A stretch of DNA of 31,259 nt from a virus (IMGVR_UViG_3300020044_005901:1-31259); one strand, 5' to 3'; positions 9,784-17,776 are shown, counted from the first letter of the stretch. A program made the numbers and translations. Notes: generated by a model not told the origin, from the sequence alone.

Positions 9784-9834
9784 ATTCCTTTATCCTCGGG
9801 TTAGCCTAAGATAGCCGGATTATATGCGGTTTGG

Positions 9835-10011
9835 TTATTTTGGTTCACTTAGCTTTTTATACTCAACACTGACTATTGTGTAACCATGCGTTTTGATATG
9901 GCTATCGTATTCATTGCGGTTTACTTCACATAGACAAATAGCGCACACCTTTGTATCTGGTGCGTTTTTCCAGTCTTTTGTCAATTCTTCCAGTTTTTCT
10001 TTGTCAGTCAT
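9835..10011 (-). CDS. Small C2H2-type zinc-finger protein
   Basis: CAIC-x11-HIKTH motif. ATG 10011 overlaps the upstream stop. Confidence 0.55.
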   Translation of the reverse strand: MTDKEKLEELTKDWKNAPDTKVCAICLCEVNRNEYDSHIKTHGYTIVSVEYKKLSEPK

Positions 10012-10364
10012 CTTGCTTCCCAACATTCTTTACCCATCCAATCGTCTGGATGAAACCTTAGTTTCTCTTGTGTTAACTGACAAACACCTTTAAGAAACCC
10101 GCCTAATATTTTTGCGTGCTCTACCCTAATCAAGTTCTTGCATGTGTTGCAATTGGCTTCGTTTTCATCAAAGTTCTTTTTGCTTTGCTTTCGGGCTTCT
10201 TTACCGTCTTGGTGACATACATACGTCCCCGATACATTAGCCATCAATGGGCCAAGCATTAAGGCGTTGTCTGTTGCTACTGGTTTCTTTGAGTACTGGC
10301 AGATATAGACCTCGTTTCCTTGGTCATCTACCGTTACTGGTTTGTTAAGTATCTTTTTTGACAT
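10008..10364 (-). CDS. Hypothetical Cys-rich protein
   Basis: ORF with CNTC and several further Cys residues. The likely start is MSKKILNK. Confidence 0.6.
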   Translation of the reverse strand: MSKKILNKPVTVDDQGNEVYICQYSKKPVATDNALMLGPLMANVSGTYVCHQDGKEARKQSKKNFDENEANCNTCKNLIRVEHAKILGGFLKGVCQLTQEKLRFHPDDWMGKECWEAR

Positions 10365-10500
10365 TTGTGTCAACCTTTACCGCTGTTTCATTTGTGGTGA
10401 ATCTGCACCCATTAGCGCATTCATAGCGTCTATATGTTCCTTGTGGGCGCTGTCTTGTTTCAAGAACGAACGTCCAGGCTTTGCATTGTGGGCATTTCAT
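10345..10500 (-). CDS. Zinc-ribbon protein (NrdR N-terminal / Ogr-Delta-like), 51 aa
   Basis: Not in the track. MKCPQCKAWTFVLETRQRPQGTYRRYECANGCRFTTNE matches the MKCPxC...VxETR...RRxxC...RFTTxE pattern. ATGA overlap with the upstream gene. Confidence 0.75.
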   Translation of the reverse strand: MKCPQCKAWTFVLETRQRPQGTYRRYECANGCRFTTNETAVKVDTNVKKDT

Positions 10501-11015
10501 GGCTGGCCTTTCGTGATGCCGTGGGCTGATTCGGTCATTCGCACAGAACGGATATGCTCATCAAGCGTTCCTCGATAGTCCATGCACTTAATTTGCCCGT
10601 CCGTCAGCGGCACCAATGGTTGTGCTGCGGGTGGGGTGGTGTATTCAGCACCAAGAGCAAAAACACCAAAACCCTCCTTTTGTAGCTCCTGCAACAAGCC
10701 CAAGCCACGGTCAATGTTGTCCCCTGCGCGTTGCTTGCTGGCTGCGTCACAAGCCCTTCCGAGATTGGATGCCACAGTATTGCCGGGTTGCTCTTTGTAT
10801 GTGTAGGCCCGTTTCGTTTCTGGCAAATCAAACGCGCTGCCTCTTGCGCCTATAAAGCACGCCACAGGCTCCTGCACAGGTGCTGCAAGGGCTTCAAGTC
10901 CAGCTTCAACAAGTTCAGTGCGCTCAGCTTGTAGTTTTGGCGTGTAAAAAGTTGACACGGCTAACAGCGCCATTAAGCGTTCCATCTTTACTCGTTCAAT
11001 TGTGATGTGTGTCAT
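10497..11015 (-). CDS. Modular 'QEPVA' family hypothetical protein A
   Basis: 172 aa with ALAAPVQEPVA, YTTPPAAQP, VPLTD and AHGITKGQ blocks shared with 11614-12210 and 20413-20724. AAGGAG RBS. Confidence 0.75.
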   Translation of the reverse strand: MTHITIERVKMERLMALLAVSTFYTPKLQAERTELVEAGLEALAAPVQEPVACFIGARGSAFDLPETKRAYTYKEQPGNTVASNLGRACDAASKQRAGDNIDRGLGLLQELQKEGFGVFALGAEYTTPPAAQPLVPLTDGQIKCMDYRGTLDEHIRSVRMTESAHGITKGQP

Positions 11016-11034
11016 GTTTTCTCCTTAAAACTTT

Positions 11035-11067
11035 ATTTTGCTTGCTTAACCTTACTTTTTGCTTACA
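11035..11067 (-). promoter_or_regulatory. GTMAG-box promoter upstream of 11015
   Basis: Minus strand TGTAAG-CAAAAA-GTAAG-N10-CAAAAT. Confidence 0.7.
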
Positions 11068-11617
11068 TTTCTCGCTTTAGTCGCCTTGTTTCTGCGTTGT
11101 AGTGCTTGGCTATCTCTTGCAGCCCTTCACGGGTGTACTTTCTCACGGTCTGATCGGATTCGATCTGCTCTACCCGTTCCAGTCCAATACGTTCAATCAA
11201 TCCTTTTCGGTATGCAAGGACGTTGCCAGAAAGCCAGTTATTGCACTTGCGACATTGGCTGTGGGCGTTGTCTTCCACAAATCTCATGTGTGGCGAACTG
11301 CCTACGCTACGGAAATGGCCGCAATCATGGCTGTTTGGCTCAGTGCTTAGTGGCGTACCGCATGAGATACATGGCTTGCCTAAGTCTCTTGCCCTTACAA
11401 ACGCATTAAACGCCGTTTGAGCGACTTTCACCAACTGAGGCTTAGTCCTCATGGCATCTAGCTTTTCTCGGGTCTTCTTGCGGTCTTCTTGGGCTTCCTT
11501 GGCTTTCTTTTTTTCTGTTGCTTGCCGTGATACTTCAAGGGCGCAAATAGGCCCACATACAGACTGAAGTGGCCGAACGGGGTTAAATTCAGCCTTGCAA
11601 GCCTTGCAGCGTTTCAT
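11063..11617 (-). CDS. ninG: NinG/Rap-like recombination endonuclease
   Basis: KRCKAC...FNPVRPLQSVCGPICA, AQTAFNAFVRARD...PCISCG...DCGHFRSVGS..HMRFVEDNAHSQCRKCN..LSGN...YRKGLIERIG. Start taken at ATG 11617 (ATGA overlap). Confidence 0.9.
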   Translation of the reverse strand: MKRCKACKAEFNPVRPLQSVCGPICALEVSRQATEKKKAKEAQEDRKKTREKLDAMRTKPQLVKVAQTAFNAFVRARDLGKPCISCGTPLSTEPNSHDCGHFRSVGSSPHMRFVEDNAHSQCRKCNNWLSGNVLAYRKGLIERIGLERVEQIESDQTVRKYTREGLQEIAKHYNAETRRLKREM

Positions 11618-12210
11618 GACTGGCCTTTCGTGATGCCGTGGGCGGTTTCGATGGCTCGAACTACAGCAACGATGTTTGTTCTGTTTGGGTGATTGCGCCA
11701 CAAAGAATGAATCTGCTCATCCGTCAGCGGCACAGGTGATGGCTGTGCTGTGACCTCCATCAGTTTGTTCTCACTGGTGGGCCACATTTTTAAGCCTTCT
11801 GGCGTTGATTGAACAATCCACCAACCATGCGGCACGGCTGGCTGTGCTGCGGTGTTTTTCTCGCGCAGCTTGACTTCAATGGCGTCAATCAGAACCATAC
11901 GGTTGTCGGTTTCTGTAGCCTTCCACAGATCAACACGATCCTCATCCGTCAGCCCAACCCATTGCCGCTGTGCTGTGGGTGCATAGTTGTATAGCTTTGT
12001 ACAGCCTGCAAAACTAATGGGATCACTAGCTTGCTTCCACTGCCCTTCGTCAAAGTAAAAATACCCCACAGGCTCCTGCACAGGTGTTGCAAGGGCTTGC
12101 TTTATGGCAGTTATGGCTTCTTCAATAGCTGTTCCGGGTAAGTTGTATCCCTCTGATTGTGTTTTTTTCAACGCCTCCAGCGCCAATTCCATTGCTTCAA
12201 TGTATTTCAT
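11614..12210 (-). CDS. Modular 'QEPVA' family hypothetical protein B
   Basis: 198 aa with ALATPVQEPVG, AQRQWVGLTDE, AIEVKLREKN, AAQPAVP, VPLTDEQI and AHGITKGQ blocks. AGGAG RBS. Confidence 0.75.
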   Translation of the reverse strand: MKYIEAMELALEALKKTQSEGYNLPGTAIEEAITAIKQALATPVQEPVGYFYFDEGQWKQASDPISFAGCTKLYNYAPTAQRQWVGLTDEDRVDLWKATETDNRMVLIDAIEVKLREKNTAAQPAVPHGWWIVQSTPEGLKMWPTSENKLMEVTAQPSPVPLTDEQIHSLWRNHPNRTNIVAVVRAIETAHGITKGQS

Positions 12211-12229
12211 GTCTTGCTCCTAAAACTTC

Positions 12230-12261
12230 ATTTTCTTGGTGTTTGCTTACTTGATTCTTAC
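12230..12261 (-). promoter_or_regulatory. GTMAG-box promoter upstream of 12210
   Basis: Minus strand GTAAG-AATCAA-GTAAG-N10-GAAAAT. Confidence 0.7.
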
Positions 12262-12587
12262 CGCATCGTCCGATCTTGATTTCTGTTGTTAGCTTGTTCC
12301 GAGCGCCACACCTCGACTCTCGCCTGTGCCATTGTCATTTCCCACTTTAGCTTTTCCTCTACCTCTACGGCGGCTTTTAAACCGTCTAGAAGCGCTAAAT
12401 ACTCGTCATGGCTATATGCGTATTGCTCACGGGCGTTTACCGTCTTCTCGGTGCTTTGGTTCATCAACAACGCCTTTTTGGATTTTCTGAATTCTTCCAA
12501 ATAGATACGGTTGGCTTTTGCCTGGGCAAACTTACCCGCATTGGCAATTACGTAGTCGATTGCCTTGTTTGGGTCGTTTATTGCCAT
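12258..12587 (-). CDS. Conserved phage coiled-coil protein
   Basis: DPNKAIDY...AQAKANRIYLEEFRKSKKALLM...REQYAYSHDEY...EVWRSEQANNR is a helical protein type of nin-like regions. Start is uncertain (12587 or 12602). Confidence 0.7.
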   Translation of the reverse strand: MAINDPNKAIDYVIANAGKFAQAKANRIYLEEFRKSKKALLMNQSTEKTVNAREQYAYSHDEYLALLDGLKAAVEVEEKLKWEMTMAQARVEVWRSEQANNRNQDRTMR

Positions 12588-12907
12588 ACAGGTGTTCTCC
12601 AAACTGTCTTTGGCTTGTTTTTTACCGCTATTTTCTTCAGATAGCTTTTCCGGCTTCTTTCTTGCTGGCTTTGGGTTTTCTTCGGCTGTGCGTCTTCACC
12701 CTCACCCAATGACCAAACTTTTACCCTGTTTCGTCCGTCTGTCTCGTTTGTGTATTCAATGACGTAAATCATGTCCTGTTTACGCATCTCAGTCAGAATT
12801 CGGCCTACTGCTTTAGGGCAAAAGTTGGTCTTTCTAGATAGGTCATGGCGTGATGCGGGGCCGTTTAAAAGCTCTTTAAACACGGCGACTGTCTGTTGTA
12901 CGCTCAT
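12578..12907 (-). CDS. Winged helix-turn-helix protein
   Basis: LLNGPASRHDLSRKTNFCPKAVGRILTEMRKQDMIYVIEY has a wHTH-like pattern, followed by a basic C-terminus. Confidence 0.6.
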   Translation of the reverse strand: MSVQQTVAVFKELLNGPASRHDLSRKTNFCPKAVGRILTEMRKQDMIYVIEYTNETDGRNRVKVWSLGEGEDAQPKKTQSQQERSRKSYLKKIAVKNKPKTVWRTPVWQ

Positions 12908-13209
12908 TTCTGGCCTCTTGCTCTGATTGCGGCAGCTGCTGTTTCCGAAGGAATCCAGCCTTCGCGTCCGTCAAACTCCATTGCACATTCTTCACGTTCA
13001 GCCGCCACCATCTTTTTACACATAAGCGCCCAACTAGCATCCTGTCGGGCATTGGCTTGCTCTGTTGCTTTTTCGGCTACCAAAGCGGCAAAGCGTTCAA
13101 GGAGGCAAATTGTCCAAGCATCAAGCTGTCCAACATGGCCCGGATAGTCAATGGTGACTAAATCACGATGCGCCTGTTTTGCCATGCTCAAAATGTCATC
13201 TTTTGTCAT
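12904..13209 (-). CDS. Conserved phage hypothetical protein
   Basis: MTKDDILSMAKQA...LERFAALVAE...VAAEREECA...AAAIRARG framework. Start likely at 13209. Confidence 0.7.
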   Translation of the reverse strand: MTKDDILSMAKQAHRDLVTIDYPGHVGQLDAWTICLLERFAALVAEKATEQANARQDASWALMCKKMVAAEREECAMEFDGREGWIPSETAAAAIRARGQK

Positions 13210-13396
13210 TTGATCCCCCATCTTTGCCTTGTAATTTCAATAACTTGATTTGATCTGCTACAGCAAGACCAAGCCCCGTATAAATCTCTGGATGTTCCTT
13301 TTCCAGCTTCTTTACCGTGTGCCGCGCTTCGTCCAAGAATCCAGGGTCTAGCGCCATCTTTGCACAGTGGTTTACCATTCTTTTGAAGGTACTCAT
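13196..13396 (-). CDS. Hypothetical protein
   Basis: 66-aa ORF overlapping both neighbours in the operon. Confidence 0.55.
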   Translation of the reverse strand: MSTFKRMVNHCAKMALDPGFLDEARHTVKKLEKEHPEIYTGLGLAVADQIKLLKLQGKDGGSNDKR

Positions 13397-13503
13397 TCAC
13401 TTAAGTCCCCAGTTAGTTTCAGTGCCATCGTTATGACGTGTTCAGGGTACTGTTGGCCTTCTCGTACTCTGTCCAAAATCTTGTTGGCTTGTTCGTGTGT
13501 CAT
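13393..13503 (-). CDS. Small hypothetical protein (36 aa)
   Basis: Not in the track. MTHEQANKILDRVREGQQYPEHVITMALKLTGDLSE, with ATGA overlaps at both ends. Confidence 0.65.
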   Translation of the reverse strand: MTHEQANKILDRVREGQQYPEHVITMALKLTGDLSE

Positions 13504-13685
13504 AAATCTTTTTCAACATCTTCTTTAGTTGTTTGGCGAACAGCAACTGCTTTCCCGTGCCACACGGCTAATGCGTCACGCAAACGGATCCGCCACCAAA
13601 TAGGTTGATGTAAACAAGGCTCCCAGTGTTTGCCATCTGGTGAAGACTTAACTTCGCTTTGCATCAATTGCTTAACTGTTAACAT
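13500..13685 (-). CDS. Hypothetical protein
   Basis: 61-aa ORF with an AAAGGG RBS, directly downstream of a GTMAG-box promoter. Confidence 0.65.
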   Translation of the reverse strand: MLTVKQLMQSEVKSSPDGKHWEPCLHQPIWWRIRLRDALAVWHGKAVAVRQTTKEDVEKDL

Positions 13686-13708
13686 TTTTTCCCTTTCGTT
13701 GATGGTTT

Positions 13709-13741
13709 ATTGTCTGGATGTTGTCTTACTTGACACTGACA
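13709..13741 (-). promoter_or_regulatory. GTMAG-box promoter upstream of 13685
   Basis: Minus strand TGTCAG-TGTCAA-GTAAG-N10-GACAAT. Confidence 0.75.
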
Positions 13742-14073
13742 TCTTTAAAATAAAGGCGACTTGTTGATTTGACTTTGTTGTATGGGTCATCTTTTGGGCT
13801 TGGATAGCTACTGGCCGCCACAATTGAAGCACCTGAAGAAATACACTTTTCATACAAATGATCGGCTCTGTCTTGGTTGTAGCTTTCAATCATCACTGTC
13901 ATGCCAACAACAAAACGTAGATCAATGTCTGAAATCTTGTCTTTGTGTACCGTGATTCGTGGCAACTCTCCCCATTTCAGCCAATCTGTATCAAATTCAA
14001 AGTCATACAGGCAAACGCTTGCTGGTTTGATGCCTCGCCTTCTAAGGTCGATCAGTTCTTTTGCGCCTTTCAT
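13726..14073 (-). CDS. Hypothetical protein downstream of the helicase
   Basis: MKGAKELIDLRRRGIKP...DLRFVVGMTV. ATG 14073 overlaps the helicase stop. Confidence 0.65.
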   Translation of the reverse strand: MKGAKELIDLRRRGIKPASVCLYDFEFDTDWLKWGELPRITVHKDKISDIDLRFVVGMTVMIESYNQDRADHLYEKCISSGASIVAASSYPSPKDDPYNKVKSTSRLYFKDVSVK

Positions 14074-15053
14074 TGATACACCCCATGCGGCCATGCTTTG
14101 TAATACTCCATCAATTCGGCTGACTTATGGCCCTTCAACTGTGTCGATGCTTTGTCAAAGTAAAGACCAATTGTTTGCTCTCCGCTCTTTGACCCGCTGT
14201 AATGGCGTTGTTTAATGCACCGGATAAAGCTGTCTGGTTCATCTCGCTTTTCAGCCATATCGCCTTTCACCTCAACTTCCATCTCTTTCAGCTTATTTCG
14301 CCAAACAACAAAAGCAGAATCAGCAATGTCCGTGATTGAAGATGATCCCTTGATGTCGCTTTTGTCAGGCGTTGCACCAGACTTTTCCAGCTTCTTTGTG
14401 TGGTGGACAAGGTGAACATGGCAACCCGTATCTTTAGCAATGTCAAAAATGCTTGAAACAAAGTCCTTTTCGCCGTTGTAGTTGTCCGTGCCACTCACCA
14501 CCTTTTGCAGGTTGTCAATGATGAAATGCTGCACCCCAAAAGTGTCGATGCTGTATCTCATAGCACCCAAAACAGAGTTTGCAGTCACATCGCCCAATTT
14601 GTGAAACAACCACATATTTTTGGAAAACCCAATCATTTCCTCTGCTGTTTGGTCAAGCAGTTCAATTTCTTCGTTTGTCAATTGGATGTCCTCGTCACCA
14701 AAGCAAACATGGCTGTAAAGTCTCAGCATCCTAGAAAAGGTCTCTCCGGCAGTCATTTCCAACGATGCAAGACACAGTTTTTGTTGTTGTCCAAGAAGGG
14801 AAAGAATCACTTGCATCAAAACCAGCGTTTTACCGCTGCTATTCTCACCAGCCCAGATCGTCAACTCCCCTGGCCGAAAGTTGAACAAAGAACGGGTTTT
14901 CTCCCAAGGCAAGTAAATCCGATTTGATGTGTCTTTGTTTCGGTAAGAGTCTTTCAGTGTCTGCAAAAACTCAGACGAATGCACAATCGTTTGTTTGTGC
15001 TCTGTCTCTTTAAGGTAAGCAGCAAAGTCAATATCGTCAGGTAGGTAGTTCAT
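14070..15053 (-). CDS. DnaB-like (SF4) replicative helicase, no primase domain
   Basis: RPGELTIWAGENSSGKT Walker A, ASLEM, FIIDNL, HVHLVHHTKK and DIKGSSSITDIAD SF4 motifs. Confidence 0.9.
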   Translation of the reverse strand: MNYLPDDIDFAAYLKETEHKQTIVHSSEFLQTLKDSYRNKDTSNRIYLPWEKTRSLFNFRPGELTIWAGENSSGKTLVLMQVILSLLGQQQKLCLASLEMTAGETFSRMLRLYSHVCFGDEDIQLTNEEIELLDQTAEEMIGFSKNMWLFHKLGDVTANSVLGAMRYSIDTFGVQHFIIDNLQKVVSGTDNYNGEKDFVSSIFDIAKDTGCHVHLVHHTKKLEKSGATPDKSDIKGSSSITDIADSAFVVWRNKLKEMEVEVKGDMAEKRDEPDSFIRCIKQRHYSGSKSGEQTIGLYFDKASTQLKGHKSAELMEYYKAWPHGVYQ

Positions 15054-15055
15054 TT

Positions 15056-15730
15056 TCAAATCCAAGTCTGTTGTGTTTGTTTTTCAGGAATCGCCAATTG
15101 GTCTTTCCATCTTTCACCGTTAAGCCAAGTTGCAGGGTTTGGGATGTACTTCCCGCCATCCTTTTGCCAATCAGGTGATTCAGCTTGCAACTTCAATGCT
15201 GCAATCATTGTCTCCACCAGGCTTTCGTTTGGCTTACAAGCTCTAAACGCTTTTAGTGCTGCTGCCCTTGCTACCTTTTTTGGATATGGCTCATAAAACC
15301 TGTCAAACAAGGAATCGTAAGATTCCGATTGTTCCTTTCCTTTCCTTTCCTTTCCTATAGGTAGTGCTACCGTATCACTACCGTAGTCCTGTGGTAAATC
15401 GCATAAGTGCTTGATTTTGCTAGGAGTTTTCTTGTTTATGACTTGATGTTTGTGAAAGTTCTTGATGCACCCATAAGTCTTGCCATCAGACCCCTGAAAC
15501 ACCAGCAAATAACCAATCTTGCACAACTCCTGTAGTAGTACGGTAGTCTTTGCTTTTAGTTCCCGTAGTGGAAAAATGTCGGATTCAACCAGTTTAGGGT
15601 TGGCATTAAAGTACCCTTCATCATCGCAATGATTCAGCAATCCAAGCGCCAAAAGACAAGCCTCTGGACTAACCGATGCCAAGGCTTCATCACGCCAAAA
15701 CTCGGGTTTAATTGTTCGGATTCGTGCCAT
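15056..15730 (-). CDS. Phage replication initiator protein
   Basis: MARIRTIKPEFW...LLNHCDDEGY N-terminus and FDRFYEPYPKK...YIPNPATWLNGERWKD C-terminus, directly upstream of the helicase. Confidence 0.85.
   Translation of the reverse strand: MARIRTIKPEFWRDEALASVSPEACLLALGLLNHCDDEGYFNANPKLVESDIFPLRELKAKTTVLLQELCKIGYLLVFQGSDGKTYGCIKNFHKHQVINKKTPSKIKHLCDLPQDYGSDTVALPIGKERKGKEQSESYDSLFDRFYEPYPKKVARAAALKAFRACKPNESLVETMIAALKLQAESPDWQKDGGKYIPNPATWLNGERWKDQLAIPEKQTQQTWI
15311..15388. repeat. Candidate replication origin repeats within the initiator gene
   Basis: (TTCCT)x5 at 15332-15356, CTACCGTA x2 at 15367 and 15378, and the hairpin GGAATC-GTAA-GATTCC at 15311-15326. Confidence 0.45.
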
Positions 15731-15731
15731 G

Positions 15732-15851
15732 TCACAGCCCCAATCGTTTTGCAATGGCCTTCAATGCGGCCTCAATCTGTTCTGGTGTTGCATCGGGGTG
15801 CAGGTGCAGCCAAGTTGACTTTTCGCTCTCGTAGCGTTGTTGCTTATCCAT
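15732..15851 (-). CDS. Small conserved phage protein (39 aa)
   Basis: Not in the track. MDKQQRYESEKSTWLHLHPDATPEQIEAALKAIAKRLGL with a GGAGG RBS. It fills the gap before the initiator. Confidence 0.7.
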   Translation of the reverse strand: MDKQQRYESEKSTWLHLHPDATPEQIEAALKAIAKRLGL

Positions 15852-16086
15852 TGCAAGCCTCCCAATCTGCAAAGCCTTTTACTTGCAAAACAAGATAACG
15901 CTGATCTGGTGTTGTCTTTTGTAACCGCTTGGCCTCTTTAAAGGCAGCGTCAAGTGTGTCGTGATATGCCGTAAATCTGCACGAGTATTGTTTTCGCGCT
16001 TGACGGACTACGACAAATTTGTCTTGAAGATTTTGAAGTGGGGAGTCGCCAATCTTCTTGGCTTTTTTGAGCGAAAGTGTCGCCAT
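15844..16086 (-). CDS. Hypothetical basic protein (80 aa)
   Basis: The true start is likely MATLSLKK at 16086 with a GAGG RBS. The upstream extension in the track runs through a promoter and structured leader. Confidence 0.65.
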   Translation of the reverse strand: MATLSLKKAKKIGDSPLQNLQDKFVVVRQARKQYSCRFTAYHDTLDAAFKEAKRLQKTTPDQRYLVLQVKGFADWEACNG

Positions 16087-16190
16087 TTGATAACCTCTGG
16101 TTTGGTTGCTGGTAGTTGAAAATACACTCGGCAAGCGATACCAGAATCGCTGTTCGGTGCGGGGGTACAGTCCGCGCCTAGCCGTGTGTC
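16087..16190 (-). ncRNA. Structured leader RNA (three-way junction with loop complementary to the RBS region)
   Basis: P1 ACAC-A-CGGC/GCCG-A-GTGT, P2 GG-C-GCGG/CCGC-A-CC and P3 AGCGAT-TCTGGT-ATCGCT, followed by TACCAG and ACCAGA(GG) targets. Confidence 0.6.
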
Positions 16191-16193
16191 GTA

Positions 16194-16222
16194 ATTTTAT
16201 CAGGTCTTTGGTTCTTTTCCAA
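16194..16222 (-). promoter_or_regulatory. Sigma70-type promoter for the replication module
   Basis: TTGGAA-N17-TAAAAT with an extended -10 TG. Confidence 0.55.
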
Positions 16223-16397
16223 AGTAAATTTTCTGTCCGTCTGGTCGTGTCTTTTTCGTCACAGTCCATCCGTGTGTGTATTGCATCCGACTGATCTTTG
16301 AATGAGGGCTTGTAGTTGGTAGCTCTCTTGCAACTTCAGCAGCGGTAACGCCTTTTTTGCGCTTGAGAAGTCGGGCGAGTTTGTCGGTTTGGCTCAT
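16200..16397 (-). CDS. Small winged-HTH protein
   Basis: LARLLKRKKGVTAAEVARELPTTSPHSKISRM..HGWTV pattern. Confidence 0.6.
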   Translation of the reverse strand: MSQTDKLARLLKRKKGVTAAEVARELPTTSPHSKISRMQYTHGWTVTKKTRPDGQKIYFGKEPKT

Positions 16398-16654
16398 TTT
16401 GCGCTCCTAGCTTGAATCATTGCATCGGCCACTGCGTAAGCGTCTTTTGCAACGACATAAATTGTCCGCATACTTTCTTCATCCATTGGCAAGCTGCCGT
16501 TATACTCCCAGTCCACATTTTTCTGATATATTGATTGCATCGCCTTGGCTGCAAAGTAGTCGCGCAGGGTCATACCGTTGGCAGCTTCACGACTGCTGTT
16601 GATGTAATCCCATTCGCATGGAAACGCTGGCCCGCCTGTGTTTGTATCGCTCAT
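16394..16654 (-). CDS. Conserved phage hypothetical protein (GGPAFP...GMTLRDYFAAKAM family)
   Basis: NTGGPAFP, GMTLRDYFAAKAMQ and AYAVADAMIQAR motifs. Confidence 0.8.
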   Translation of the reverse strand: MSDTNTGGPAFPCEWDYINSSREAANGMTLRDYFAAKAMQSIYQKNVDWEYNGSLPMDEESMRTIYVVAKDAYAVADAMIQARSAK

Positions 16655-16666
16655 TTCTCTTTCCTT

Positions 16667-17113
16667 TCAAACAAATTTACGAAGGTCAGGGGCTTTGTAA
16701 TCTTTGCCCTTGCCGATTTTTCCACCGTCCAGAATAACGGCTTTACCGTCTTCCAGTTTGGAATCGTTGCTGTCTAGCACTGCCTTATCTGCTGCGTCTT
16801 TGTCAAACCCTGCGAGATAGGCGACACCATTCCCCGTCACTTCAATGTCGCAAAGAGCATCCAAAGCGTCTACCCGCAAGTGAATCGGGATGTAAACAAA
16901 CTGTTCACGGCGTTTCAGCTTTCCGGCAAACCAGTCTAGGTCTGTTCGGGTGCGGTCTAGCAGTTTTCCATATCCCTCAGAGTCTGATCGGATTGTTCCC
17001 AATAGCTCGCAGATTTCTTCAAGCTGGCAACCAATCTGGACGGATAGGTCGTAAATGTCAGGCTTTTTACCGCAAGCGGCAAGCCATGTTTTCGTTCGTT
17101 CAAAGTTGGTCAT
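16667..17113 (-). CDS. MazG-like all-alpha NTP pyrophosphohydrolase
   Basis: EEICEL...DALDALCDIEVT acidic metal-binding helices, VLDSNDSK and DGGKIGKG. AAGGAG RBS. First gene of the leftward arm. Confidence 0.8.
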   Translation of the reverse strand: MTNFERTKTWLAACGKKPDIYDLSVQIGCQLEEICELLGTIRSDSEGYGKLLDRTRTDLDWFAGKLKRREQFVYIPIHLRVDALDALCDIEVTGNGVAYLAGFDKDAADKAVLDSNDSKLEDGKAVILDGGKIGKGKDYKAPDLRKFV

Positions 17114-17136
17114 GGTTCTCCTTGGTTAAAAACCTC

Positions 17137-17169
17137 ATTGTGTGGCTGTTTCCTTACGAATCACTGACA
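17137..17169 (-). promoter_or_regulatory. Leftward GTMAG-box promoter
   Basis: Minus strand TGTCAG-TGATTC-GTAAG-N10-CACAAT. Confidence 0.75.
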
Positions 17170-17239
17170 TTAGGCACTAGGGAAAGTACTAATTGGGGGA
17201 TCTGTTATAATTATTTCATCATCCCCCAAAAGGCTACCT

Positions 17240-17710
17240 ATGACTAAAGCGACAGTGCAAATTCACCCAGAAGAAGGCCGTGTTTCTAGAACATTTAAGC
17301 ATGGCAAAGTTAATCAAAAAATTGGCTCGCCGCAACAAGATGGTTATTTGCAAACAATAATTGATGGGAAAGCGACTTTAATTCATAGACTAATTTATGA
17401 GTTTGTGCATGGCCCAATTCCTAAAAATTTAGTGATTGACCATATCAACAGAGACAAGCAAGACAACCGTATTGAAAATTTGAGACTTGTTACGCCTTCC
17501 AACAATTCTCACAATCAAGGAGTCAGAAAAGATAGCTCTACCGGAGTGAAAGGCGTTAGATTTGAAAAATTTGCTAAAAAATTTAGAGGCGAAATATGTA
17601 TTAACAGAGTTCGCCGAAAAACAAAGTATTTTGCAACCATAGAAGAAGCATCTGCGGCCCTAGATGACTTACGAAAAAAGCTGATTGATGAAGGCCATCA
17701 GATTGTGTAA
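17240..17710 (+). CDS. HNH homing endonuclease
   Basis: IHRLIY...VIDHINRDKQDNRIENLRLVTPSNN, STGVKGV and KYFATIEEA. It is preceded by TATAAT flanked by the inverted repeat TTGGGGGAT/ATCCCCCAA. Confidence 0.9.
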   Translation: MTKATVQIHPEEGRVSRTFKHGKVNQKIGSPQQDGYLQTIIDGKATLIHRLIYEFVHGPIPKNLVIDHINRDKQDNRIENLRLVTPSNNSHNQGVRKDSSTGVKGVRFEKFAKKFRGEICINRVRRKTKYFATIEEASAALDDLRKKLIDEGHQIV

Positions 17711-17743
17711 ATACGGATAAACCCCTACGAGAAATATCTTGTC

Positions 17744-17776
17744 TGTCAGTTTCGCGTAAGGTTCAGCCCTCAGAAT
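17744..17776 (+). promoter_or_regulatory. Rightward GTMAG-box promoter
   Basis: TGTCAG-TTTCGC-GTAAG-N10-CAGAAT. Confidence 0.75.

Noticed and set aside
10497-12210. DGR template/variable repeat pair or CRISPR mini-array
   Set aside because: The window has no reverse transcriptase or cas gene. The repeats are short, in-frame and irregularly spaced, and the two single mismatches are too few to suggest adenine-specific mutagenesis.
16124-16190. Hammerhead ribozyme reading of the three-way junction
   Set aside because: It lacks the CUGANGA and GAAA core in the required positions.
16087-16269. N-terminal extension of ORF 15844..16269
   Set aside because: It overlaps the upstream HTH gene, a promoter and a structured leader. 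The internal ATG at 16086 has the RBS.
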